Positions 9,156 to 16,276 are shown, numbered from the stretch's first letter. The stretch is 64,000 bases of DNA from an uncultured virus (IMG/VR IMGVR_UViG_3300046697_000351) (IMGVR_UViG_3300046697_000351:1-64000), one strand, 5' to 3'. Made by a program: numbers and translations. The notes: generated from the sequence alone by a model not told the origin.

Positions 9156-9249
9156 CGTGATCAGTTCAGACGCTTCGTCGAAGCTCCAGTCTGCACGCTC
9201 ATCACGTTTCCCTGCTGCTCTCCCTGTTTGAAAATTGTGCTGCCCGAAG

Positions 9250-9278
9250 ATTCTAGCACCGGGGCCGGGGATTGTCAA
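9250..9278 (-). promoter_or_regulatory. Sigma70-type promoter for the replication operon
   Basis: TTGACA-17 bp-TAGAAT with extended -10 TG. Confidence 0.75.
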
Positions 9279-9421
9279 GCGCCGTCTGAGAATTCGAGCA
9301 TCGCGATTCTGGTGCGCTCTGTACTACTACGGACTCCTCGTCGGTAATCGTACTCTGATCCTGGCAGGAAGTGCTCCCCGCGATTTGGACATCCCAGGGT
9401 GGAACTATTTAGACCTATACT

Positions 9422-9451
9422 GGCATAGGCCCAAAGTCCTATGCCTGTTTT
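9422..9451 (+). terminator. Terminator-like hairpin just upstream of the rightward promoter
   Basis: GGCATAGG-8 nt-CCTATGCC-TGTTTT. Confidence 0.5.
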
Positions 9452-9452
9452 C

Positions 9453-9495
9453 GGGTCTTGACAGGATGTGTTCAACGTGGTACAATAGTATTATG
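9453..9495 (+). promoter_or_regulatory. Repeated leaderless promoter cassette, copy 1
   Basis: GGGTC-TTGACA-17-TACAAT-6 nt-ATG. Confidence 0.85.
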
Positions 9496-9864
9496 AACGA
9501 AAATCTTAAAGGGAAGAGGAAAATGATAGTCGCTCATGATCCGTGGATGGCTGAGAAGCTCGGGAGTGACCAGCATCTGCTGAGCAAATCTGGCTGCGTC
9601 ATAGCCCACGCCAGCAAGTTATTGGCCTACACCGAGAAGGTCAAGGCCGCAAACTTCAAACTTATGGCCGCGAGCCCCAAGCTCCTGCGCGCCTGCCAGA
9701 AGGCCCTCGATGAATTCCGCGATCCCAACCGGGGGGGGCCAGCGGATCGGAGGCCACTCAGCAGGTACTCCGCGAGGCCATACATGACGCCGGGTTCCGG
9801 CCAGAGGACCCACTCTAATGGCTACCAACAATTCGGCCAAGGCCCAGGAGGTCAAGTGACATGA
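9493..9864 (+). CDS. Hypothetical early protein (possible frameshift at G8 tract 9731-9738)
   Basis: Leaderless ATG; ANFKLMAASPKLLRAC motif common in small phage proteins. Confidence 0.6.
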   Translation: MNENLKGKRKMIVAHDPWMAEKLGSDQHLLSKSGCVIAHASKLLAYTEKVKAANFKLMAASPKLLRACQKALDEFRDPNRGGPADRRPLSRYSARPYMTPGSGQRTHSNGYQQFGQGPGGQVT

Positions 9865-10043
9865 GATGCTCCCGCTCGCAACGCGACCACATCCTCATCC
9901 CACTTGGCTTAGCCGCTATGTCCAAGGGTACCACACTCAAACAAGTGCAGGCAGCATTCTTCGCTTTGCGCCATGTTCGTATTTCCGAGCTTAGCATCCG
10001 GTGGCTATCCGCCATCGCCAAGGCCAAGGCCAATGGGAAATAA
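9861..10043 (+). CDS. Hypothetical protein
   Basis: GGAGG RBS. Confidence 0.5.
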   Translation: MRCSRSQRDHILIPLGLAAMSKGTTLKQVQAAFFALRHVRISELSIRWLSAIAKAKANGK

Positions 10044-10044
10044 A

Positions 10045-10299
10045 ATGAAAAACACAGAAACCGAAATTGACATCTGCCACAAGGCCGCCTTGGTCAGTGC
10101 CGCCTACGACCGCGCCTTAGCTGACTACGACCGCGCCTTAGCTGACTACGACCGCGCCTGGGCCGCCTATAACCGCGCCGGGTCCGCCTATAAACGCGCC
10201 GGGTCCGCCTACGACCGCGCCTTAGCTGACTACGACCGCGCCTTGTCCGCCTGCCCTGACCGAGCCGCCATCTCCAAGGCCACCGCCCAGGAGCCCTGA
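10045..10299 (+). CDS. Heptad-repeat small protein (YDRALAD)n
   Basis: 21-bp tandem repeats ~10104-10250 encoding about seven Y-x-R-A heptads. Confidence 0.65.
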   Translation: MKNTETEIDICHKAALVSAAYDRALADYDRALADYDRAWAAYNRAGSAYKRAGSAYDRALADYDRALSACPDRAAISKATAQEP

Positions 10300-10301
10300 T
10301 C

Positions 10302-10799
10302 ATGGCCAAATACAGGATCGCCTACGGACTCTGGGTCGTGCTCACTGATAGCCGCTGCGGCTTCCTACAGCGCCAGACCCAGCGCCCGGGCCTGGACACC
10401 CGCAACCCCCATTGGCTCGACCTCGTCAAGACCAGGGCCGAGGTCGGGACCACGCTGAAGCCGAAGCTGAGGGGCCTGAAGGGAATCTACGTGGCCCGTC
10501 CCCGGCAGCTCCGCGTCCCCCTCGACTTCTCGACCTGGTCCACTAAATATGATGATGGAGTCAGTCTCCCGATCGTTACTCAGTTCATGCCCGCCCCGAT
10601 CAAGGGCAAGAAGGTCAGCACCTGCCCGCGCTGCCGGGAGGAGTACCAGTACGGCGCCACCGAGTGCGTGCTCTGCGGCCAGAGCCTATCCCGCGTCCTC
10701 TACGTGGGCAAGGTCTGCAACGGTTGCGGGGACGAGAACCGGTATCCACCCCGGACCCGGCGCTGCGAAATCTGCGGTGGTCGCCTGGAGGCCAAGTGA
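10302..10799 (+). CDS. Double Zn-ribbon protein
   Basis: Four CxxC motifs in the C-terminal half; GGAG RBS. Confidence 0.65.
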   Translation: MAKYRIAYGLWVVLTDSRCGFLQRQTQRPGLDTRNPHWLDLVKTRAEVGTTLKPKLRGLKGIYVARPRQLRVPLDFSTWSTKYDDGVSLPIVTQFMPAPIKGKKVSTCPRCREEYQYGATECVLCGQSLSRVLYVGKVCNGCGDENRYPPRTRRCEICGGRLEAK

Positions 10800-10999
10800 A
10801 GATTCCGATAAAGAGCATCCCCAGAACCTGGCCGGTGCAGCCGCTGAAGCTCGGGCAGCAGGCCGATGACCCCGTCACCTGCGGCCACTGCGGATTGACT
10901 TGGGATGACGGAAAGATAACGAGCATGACCCCGGCCCCGGCTGCCCGCTGCCCGTTCGAGTCCTTCCATAAGTACTCGAAGAGGGAGATGGGGTCATGA
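10796..10999 (+). CDS. Small Zn-finger protein
   Basis: GGAGG then GTG; TCGHCGLTWDD...RCPFE. Confidence 0.55.
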   Translation: MKIPIKSIPRTWPVQPLKLGQQADDPVTCGHCGLTWDDGKITSMTPAPAARCPFESFHKYSKREMGS

Positions 11000-11295
11000 T
11001 CTTCAAGGAACTCGGGGCCCAGTCCTTCACCTACAGGGGCGTGGAGATCACGATCGGCCACGAGGGTCCGGACTCGGCCAAGACCGCCGAGTTCATCCAG
11101 TGCGAGCTGATGCCGCTGGTCCTGGCGGCCCCGGAGATGGCGGGGCTGCTCCAGAGGATCATCGCCGGTGACTTCGTCAATTTCCCGACGATGTTCGACG
11201 ACGTCTCCGAGGAGACGCGCCCGTTCGCGGCGGCGCTGAGGTTGATCCGGGACGAGGCTAGGAGGTTGGCGCCGGTGAAGAAGGTCCGACGCTGA
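10996..11295 (+). CDS. Hypothetical protein
   Basis: ATGA overlap; LAAPEM motif. Confidence 0.6.
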   Translation: MIFKELGAQSFTYRGVEITIGHEGPDSAKTAEFIQCELMPLVLAAPEMAGLLQRIIAGDFVNFPTMFDDVSEETRPFAAALRLIRDEARRLAPVKKVRR

Positions 11296-11308
11296 TCGTA
11301 TGATGGTG

Positions 11309-11337
11309 TTGACAAATCCGGAATCTCATGGTAGAGT
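11309..11337 (+). promoter_or_regulatory. Sigma70-type promoter of the operon leading into the RAMP/pentamer-array locus
   Basis: TTGACA-17-TAGAGT with TG extension. Confidence 0.6.
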
Positions 11338-11359
11338 ATCCGGGTCGCAGGGAGACAAC

Positions 11360-11677
11360 GTGGATAGAACGGGACTGACCGACGCGCAGGTGCTCACCGC
11401 GCTCTACAATGCCAGCCGGGTCCAGGGCCTGGGCGTGCTCCAGGCGAGACCGGAGCCGATGACGGTCGAGGCCGCCGAGAAGCTGATCAAGGGGACCAGG
11501 CACGAGATCGGGCAGCCAGCAACCGGCGCCTACTTCGACTACCTCTACGGTCGGGTGATAAAGACCGACGTCTCCGAGAACCCGCTGGACCTCTGGGGCT
11601 ACGACCGGGACATGGGCCCGGGTGCCGGGGCCCGCGCGATCGAGGCGATGATGGACGGACTCAAGAGGCCCCGGTGA
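11360..11677 (+). CDS. Conserved-looking viral hypothetical protein
   Basis: GGGAG RBS then GTG; LTALYNAS...YFDYLYGR...YDRD-G-GA pattern. Confidence 0.65.
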   Translation: MDRTGLTDAQVLTALYNASRVQGLGVLQARPEPMTVEAAEKLIKGTRHEIGQPATGAYFDYLYGRVIKTDVSENPLDLWGYDRDMGPGAGARAIEAMMDGLKRPR

Positions 11678-12066
11678 TCAAGCTCTGGGTCGACGACATC
11701 CGCCCCGCCCCCGAAGGATGGCACTGGGCCAAGACCGTGACCGAGGCGATCCGCGTGCTCGCCACCCAGAAGGTATCCGAGGTCTCGTTCGACCACGACA
11801 TCAGCCACGACGTCCAGATCAACGGGGTCCACCGACCGTACCCGTGTGGGGAGACATTCGAGCCCGTGGCCTTCTACTTATTGTGCATGGCCATGGTCTG
11901 GGACCGCGACGGCGGGTCGACCTTGGACGCCGATTATCTCCCGAGCAGGGTCAACATACATTCGGCCAACGTCGGTCAGGCCGAGAACATGAGGGAGATG
12001 CTGTGCGGGTTCTACCCCGTTACGGTAACGTTGGGGAAACCGTGCAACCGATTTGAGGGTAAATAG
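11674..12066 (+). CDS. Cyclic-phosphate-processing receiver (cREC)-like domain protein
   Basis: KLWVDDIRPAPEGW...VSFDHDI...IHSAN signature. Confidence 0.75.
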   Translation: MIKLWVDDIRPAPEGWHWAKTVTEAIRVLATQKVSEVSFDHDISHDVQINGVHRPYPCGETFEPVAFYLLCMAMVWDRDGGSTLDADYLPSRVNIHSANVGQAENMREMLCGFYPVTVTLGKPCNRFEGK

Positions 12067-12088
12067 TTAATCGACGTGAGGAGGTACA

Positions 12089-12823
12089 GTGAGTATGGAC
12101 AAGAAGAAGATCGAGACGTTCAATGAGCCAGGAGATGGGCCGGGCGATGGGACTCCGATGGTCCCCTCCGGGGACAAGACGATCCTTACCGTGAAGGCCC
12201 CGAACTTCCGGGTCGCCGAGTTCAAGATCGTGAACGAACCTGGGGTCCCGTTGGTTATCCATAAGTTCTCTGAGAAGGCTAAGAAACAGATGATGGCCAA
12301 CCAGAAAGAGGGCGCAGCGGCCAAGGGCAAGAAGAACCGGGAGCCCCGGGATTTTGATCGGGACTTCAACGGCGCTCGGCACATCTCAACCCAGGGCTGG
12401 GACGGCATTTCCGCAGGAGCCTTCAGGGCGGGGATGATCTCGGCCTGCAAGACCTGCGGCGTGGTCATGACCAAAGCTAAGTTGGCGATCAGCATCCTCG
12501 CCGATGGCAGGGACAAAGAGGACGGGACTCCGCTGGTCCGTATCTATGGCAAGCCCGTCAAAGATGTACGACCGGCGCGCAATGATAATGGGTCCTGTGA
12601 CCTGCGCGCGAGGCCCATGTACAATGATTGGCACGCGGTCCTCCGCGTTCGCTACGACGCGGACATGATGTCCCTGGAGACCGTGACCAACCTTCTATAC
12701 CGAACCGGGTTGCAAGTAGGGACCGGGGAGGGGCGCCCCGATTCAAAGAAGAGCGCCGGGTGCGGCTGGGGGACCTGGACCCCCGAGGGCAAGCCCAAGG
12801 AGCGGAAGGCTCTGATCGCATAA
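12089..12823 (+). CDS. Cas7/RAMP-like RNA-binding protein (candidate effector of the pentamer-repeat array)
   Basis: GAGGAGG RBS; first strand + PLVIH, GISAGAFRAGM helix (like RAMP IPGSSxKG), C-terminal Gly-rich loop GLQVGTGEGRPDSKKSAGCGWG. Confidence 0.75.
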   Translation: MSMDKKKIETFNEPGDGPGDGTPMVPSGDKTILTVKAPNFRVAEFKIVNEPGVPLVIHKFSEKAKKQMMANQKEGAAAKGKKNREPRDFDRDFNGARHISTQGWDGISAGAFRAGMISACKTCGVVMTKAKLAISILADGRDKEDGTPLVRIYGKPVKDVRPARNDNGSCDLRARPMYNDWHAVLRVRYDADMMSLETVTNLLYRTGLQVGTGEGRPDSKKSAGCGWGTWTPEGKPKERKALIA

Positions 12824-12832
12824 GGAATCATC

Positions 12833-13345
12833 ATGCACAATAAGAAGATCACACACAGGTTGTCGTCTAAGAAGCGCAGCCTTGATCAGAAAAGGGAGAA
12901 ACTGGTCAAGCACGAACTCGATCGGGTACAAAGAGATCATGGGGGAATTCTCTACCCAAAGGACGTTGTTGAAGCGGCGAGGCCAAAAAAATCACCGTTG
13001 CATGATGAGTTCGAGTGGGACAACACGGTTGCTGCCGAGCGATGGAGAATGGAGCAAGCGCGCCACCTGATCCGCGTCTTCGTCAACGTCATCGAGGAGG
13101 GGCACTCCGAGACCCGGGTCTACGTCGCCCTGAGTTCGGATCGTTCCGGTGGCGGTGGATATCGGGCGACCGTAAACGTCCTATCGAACAAGGGGCTTCG
13201 CGAAGTCATGCTCAGCGACGCCCTGGAGGATATGCGTAGCTTCAAGGCTAAGTACCTGGCCATCAAGGAATTGGCTGCCGTCTTCGCGGAGATGGATAAG
13301 GCCGAGGCCTTGATCGAAAAGAGTGTGGCTGGATCAGGGAAGTAA
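12833..13345 (+). CDS. Partner protein between the RAMP gene and the array
   Basis: AAGGA RBS 9 nt after the RAMP stop; VVEAARPKKSPLHDEFEWD...AAERWRMEQARHLIR. Confidence 0.75.
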   Translation: MHNKKITHRLSSKKRSLDQKREKLVKHELDRVQRDHGGILYPKDVVEAARPKKSPLHDEFEWDNTVAAERWRMEQARHLIRVFVNVIEEGHSETRVYVALSSDRSGGGGYRATVNVLSNKGLREVMLSDALEDMRSFKAKYLAIKELAAVFAEMDKAEALIEKSVAGSGK

Positions 13346-13363
13346 CCCAGTACCGTATATCAT

Positions 13364-13812
13364 GGCAGGCGAGGCGGGGCTTGGCCTGGATTGTTATGGT
13401 GCGTCACGGTTCGGTAAGGTAGGTCTAGGCAGGCGTGGCTCGGCGTGGCTCGGCGTGTCCAGGAAAGGCGTAACGTGGTCCGGCGGGGTCCGGCATGGCA
13501 GGCGGGGTGGGGTCTGGATTGGTCTGGCTGGGTTGGGACTGGTCGGGTCCGGTAGGGCGAGGTTGGGCAGGCTAGGTATGTCGAGGTCGGGACTGGCGAG
13601 GCGAGGCCCGGCTTGTTCTGGTTCGGCAGGCACGGCATGTTGTGGTTGGGTCCGGAGAGGTGGGGCGCAGTGTGGCATGGCAGGCTTGGCCCGGCTTGTT
13701 CTGGTTCGGCGGCGCGGGGCGGGATGTGGCCCAGCGGGGCGGGATACGGCAGGCTAGGCGCGTTAAGGAAAGGTGCGGTGAGGCGGGAACAGGGTTAGGT
13801 TAGGCTCGGTAA
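13364..13812 (+). ncRNA. GGY-NN pentamer array: 7 units, each opened by GGCA (candidate guide RNAs)
   Basis: Units start at 13364, 13428, 13497, 13566, 13625, 13679, 13748; 10-13 pentamers each; 61 of 83 pentamers begin GGC/GGT by manual parse. Confidence 0.8.
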
Positions 13813-13813
13813 T

Positions 13814-13849
13814 GGCTGGCGCGGTGCGATTGTTACCACCGCGCCAGCC
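13814..13849 (+). terminator. 13-bp perfect hairpin closing the array
   Basis: GGCTGGCGCGGTG-10 nt-CACCGCGCCAGCC; no U-tract. Confidence 0.7.
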
Positions 13850-13914
13850 TGAGCAAGAAAGTGATCTGATGAATAATATAAAGTCGAGTAACTATCCCAT
13901 CAAGACACGTAGCC

Positions 13915-13943
13915 TTGACAAGAAAGCATCCTCCTGTTATACT
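13915..13943 (+). promoter_or_regulatory. tnpB1 promoter
   Basis: TTGACA-17-TATACT. Confidence 0.8.
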
Positions 13944-13949
13944 AATCAT

Positions 13950-14030
13950 GCTACCGGATGAAGTGAGCATTTTCATTCTTAGGTCCTCGTGCGGAAACGC
14001 TCACGGTGCTTCCGGTAGCCACGAGGGCCT
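13950..14030 (+). ncRNA. Structured (pseudoknot-like) 5' leader of tnpB1
   Basis: 13950-58 pairs 14011-19; 13963-68 pairs 13999-14004; 13981-91 pairs 14020-30; same topology in element 2. Confidence 0.7.
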
Positions 14031-14037
14031 TCTTTTT

Positions 14038-15180
14038 ATGTTGAAGACTTATTCGTTCAGGCTCTACCCGAACCACGCGCAGACTAAGAATCTGGCGCAG
14101 CACTTCGGCGCGGCCCGCTGGATTTACAACCAATCCCTTGAGCGAAAGATCAAAGTCTACCAGGAGACGAAGAAGAGCCTGTCCTGGGTCGACCTCGCCA
14201 AGGAGATCACAGGTCTCAAGAAGGCCGCTGGTACGATGTGGCTCCAGGATGTTGCTCTCGCCCCGCTCCAGTCCTCTGTTCGGCACCTCGACTCCTCCTT
14301 CAAGAGATTTTTCCAGGAGAAGAGAGGCTTCCCGGCGTTCAAGCGGAGGCGCGGCAGGCAGTCGTTCCAGTATCCCACCGGAGTCAAGGTGGATTTCCCG
14401 AAACACCTGCTCTACCTCCCCCGCATCGGATGGATTCGTTTTAGAGACCCAAGAGTGTTCTATGGCAAGATCGGCACCGTTACCGTCGTCAAGTCGTCTA
14501 CCGGGAAGCACTACGCCCAGGTCCTGGTCGAGTTGCCTGGGGAAGTCATTGAGAAGAAGCCGCTGGAGCAGTCCAGGGCCGTTGGCGTCGACGTTGGACT
14601 GACAACTTTCGCGACCTTCTCCGACGGGCGCAAGATAGCGAACCCGCGCTTCTTGAAGACCGCCCTGACGAAACTGCGCCGCGCGAACCGGCGTCTGAGC
14701 CGCAAGCAGAAGGGCTCCAATAACAGGAGCAAGTCGCGGTTGAAACTCGCGCATGTTCACGAGAAGATCGCGAACCGCAGAAAAGACTTCTTGCACAAGT
14801 TGACGAGCCAGATGACGAACGAGAACCAAGTCGACACCTGGGTAGTCGAGACGTTGAACGTGAAGGGCATGGGGAAGATGCGCAGCCTGTCTCGCGCCAT
14901 CCACGATGCGGCCTGGTCGGAGTTTGTGCGCCAGCTCGCATACAAGAGCGAGTGGCGCGGTAAGAACCTGGTGAAGATCGGTCGCTTCATGCCGTCGTCT
15001 AAGATGTGTTCCTGCGGAGCGATCAATGATAGTCTGCGCCTCGCCGACAGGACGTGGACGTGCGCCATGTGCGGCGCCACCCACGATAGAGACGTGCTGG
15101 CCGCGCAGAACATTCTGCGGTTCGGCTTTGATACCGAGGGTAACCCGGGAATTAACGCTTCTGGACAGGCGGTGCCTTAA
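14038..15180 (+). CDS. tnpB: RNA-guided endonuclease TnpB
   Basis: KTYSFRLYPN N-terminus, RuvC-I GVDVGL, RuvC-II VVETLNV, Zn finger CSCG...CAMCG, RuvC-III HDRDVLAAQNI. Confidence 0.95.
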   Translation: MLKTYSFRLYPNHAQTKNLAQHFGAARWIYNQSLERKIKVYQETKKSLSWVDLAKEITGLKKAAGTMWLQDVALAPLQSSVRHLDSSFKRFFQEKRGFPAFKRRRGRQSFQYPTGVKVDFPKHLLYLPRIGWIRFRDPRVFYGKIGTVTVVKSSTGKHYAQVLVELPGEVIEKKPLEQSRAVGVDVGLTTFATFSDGRKIANPRFLKTALTKLRRANRRLSRKQKGSNNRSKSRLKLAHVHEKIANRRKDFLHKLTSQMTNENQVDTWVVETLNVKGMGKMRSLSRAIHDAAWSEFVRQLAYKSEWRGKNLVKIGRFMPSSKMCSCGAINDSLRLADRTWTCAMCGATHDRDVLAAQNILRFGFDTEGNPGINASGQAVP

Positions 15181-15231
15181 TGCCCCTGGTTGAAGGAAGA
15201 AATCCATACGTGTTCTCATGGGATAGTTACC
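15131..15231 (+). ncRNA. Putative omegaRNA scaffold of tnpB1 (boundaries approximate)
   Basis: ATACCGAGGG-AACCCGGGAATTAACGC...GAAATCCATACGTGTTC conserved with element 2, including past the stop codon. Confidence 0.65.
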
Positions 15232-15253
15232 TTTCAGATCGGAGACCATCCTG

Positions 15254-15436
15254 ATGGCCACGTGGCAAGAGCAGCAAAAGGCGTCGTCATTGGCCGCCGA
15301 CCTCAACGAGCTGCTGAAGGTCTTGACCCCCGACCAGCGCCTCGTGGTCTTCAGCGACGTCGGCGAGGGCTACTGCTCGGTCTGCGGCTACGAGAGGCCG
15401 GGAGCGGCGCCCTGCCAGTGCCACAACGACGAATGA
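15254..15436 (+). CDS. Small Cys-rich protein
   Basis: GGAG RBS; YCSVCG...CQC. Confidence 0.55.
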   Translation: MATWQEQQKASSLAADLNELLKVLTPDQRLVVFSDVGEGYCSVCGYERPGAAPCQCHNDE

Positions 15437-15681
15437 GCTACGTCGCCTACCCCGACGGCACCCCGGTCTTCGGCGGATCGTCACCGCTCAACACCAAGGC
15501 CGCCGAGCGCCAGGCCAGCCGATCTCTGGGCGCGGACTGGCGCGAGCGCGGATACAAGGTTTGCTACGGAGAGCCCCCGAGACCGGAGCCGGTCGAGCCC
15601 GATCCATGCCCCAGGATCAGGCTCCGCGTCTTCGGGACACCGATCGCGCTTTTTACAGACTGGCACAAAAGTGGGTCTTGA
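15433..15681 (+). CDS. Hypothetical protein
   Basis: ATGA overlap. Confidence 0.45.
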   Translation: MSYVAYPDGTPVFGGSSPLNTKAAERQASRSLGADWRERGYKVCYGEPPRPEPVEPDPCPRIRLRVFGTPIALFTDWHKSGS

Positions 15682-15714
15682 CAAAAGTGCGTTTGTATGT
15701 TAGTATATAGTATG
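15673..15714 (+). promoter_or_regulatory. Leaderless promoter cassette, divergent copy
   Basis: GGGTC-TTGACA-17-TAGTAT-5 nt-ATG. Confidence 0.65.
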
Positions 15715-15885
15715 GAACAGAAACCGAAGAGCGACAAGGAACTCGCCAAGGGCATGAGGTCTGTTGCCGACGATGCCTGGAGCAGATGGGAGAAGGACCC
15801 CACGATCCAGCGCGCCAGAGCCGCCAGGTTCTTCTCGATCCTGGCCGCGAACACCGAGGCCGTGGCTTCGTCAAGCAAGAGATAG
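15712..15885 (+). CDS. Hypothetical protein (leaderless)
   Basis: ATG at the predicted TSS. Confidence 0.55.
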   Translation: MEQKPKSDKELAKGMRSVADDAWSRWEKDPTIQRARAARFFSILAANTEAVASSSKR

Positions 15886-15898
15886 TAGGAGGAGAAAT

Positions 15899-16276
15899 AT
15901 GGGAGTGCTCAGAGACGCATCGAACGTGTTCCTGATCCTGGCCGAAGTAGCCCAGGAACACGGCCACGTGAAGTCTGAAAAAATTTTTACCAGCCTTTCC
16001 TACAGAGCCGATCGGATGCTGAAATTTGGGGAGCGCGTTCGCTTAGACCAGGGCATCATCGGGAAGATCAGCGATGTCTCGGATGCCAATATGCGCTTGT
16101 ATATAGGCGACCTGGACATGGACCAGCTAGTCAAGGTCATGGAGAGTGCTGACGCCGCCCTCAATTCAGGGAAGAAGATATTTGATTGGGATCGGGACGC
16201 CAACAGGTACCAGGCTCAGCGCGTCATGGGCTTTGTGAACGAAGCCATGGATCGCCTCAGGAAAAAACCGATATGA
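15899..16276 (+). CDS. Hypothetical protein
   Basis: AGGAGGAG RBS. Confidence 0.65.
   Translation: MGVLRDASNVFLILAEVAQEHGHVKSEKIFTSLSYRADRMLKFGERVRLDQGIIGKISDVSDANMRLYIGDLDMDQLVKVMESADAALNSGKKIFDWDRDANRYQAQRVMGFVNEAMDRLRKKPI

Larger units (their letters stand above)
13887..15231 (+). mobile_element. TIR-flanked non-autonomous tnpB element 1
   Basis: GTAACTATCCCATCAAGACACGTA (13888) vs reverse complement of 15207-15230: 21/24 match; no transposase; no TSD seen. Confidence 0.75.

Noticed and set aside
13323..13798. ORFs over the pentamer tract (13323-13757 +, 13360-13638 -, 13394-13678 -, 13613-13798 +)
   Set aside because: Low-complexity G/R/L or P-rich translations produced by the 5-nt periodicity, which is not a multiple of 3; no RBS; better explained as non-coding
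13364..13812. Canonical CRISPR array or simple microsatellite
   Set aside because: No 23-50-bp identical repeats with spacers; the NN positions are too diverse and the GGCA resets too regular for a slippage satellite
13856..13873. Hammerhead-like GAAA and CTGATGA words after the array hairpin
   Set aside because: Only 5 nt apart, with no room for the required stems
14038..15180. TnpB as a nuclease-dead repressor or Cas12f with an array
   Set aside because: All three RuvC acidic residues are present in both copies and there is no adjacent CRISPR array
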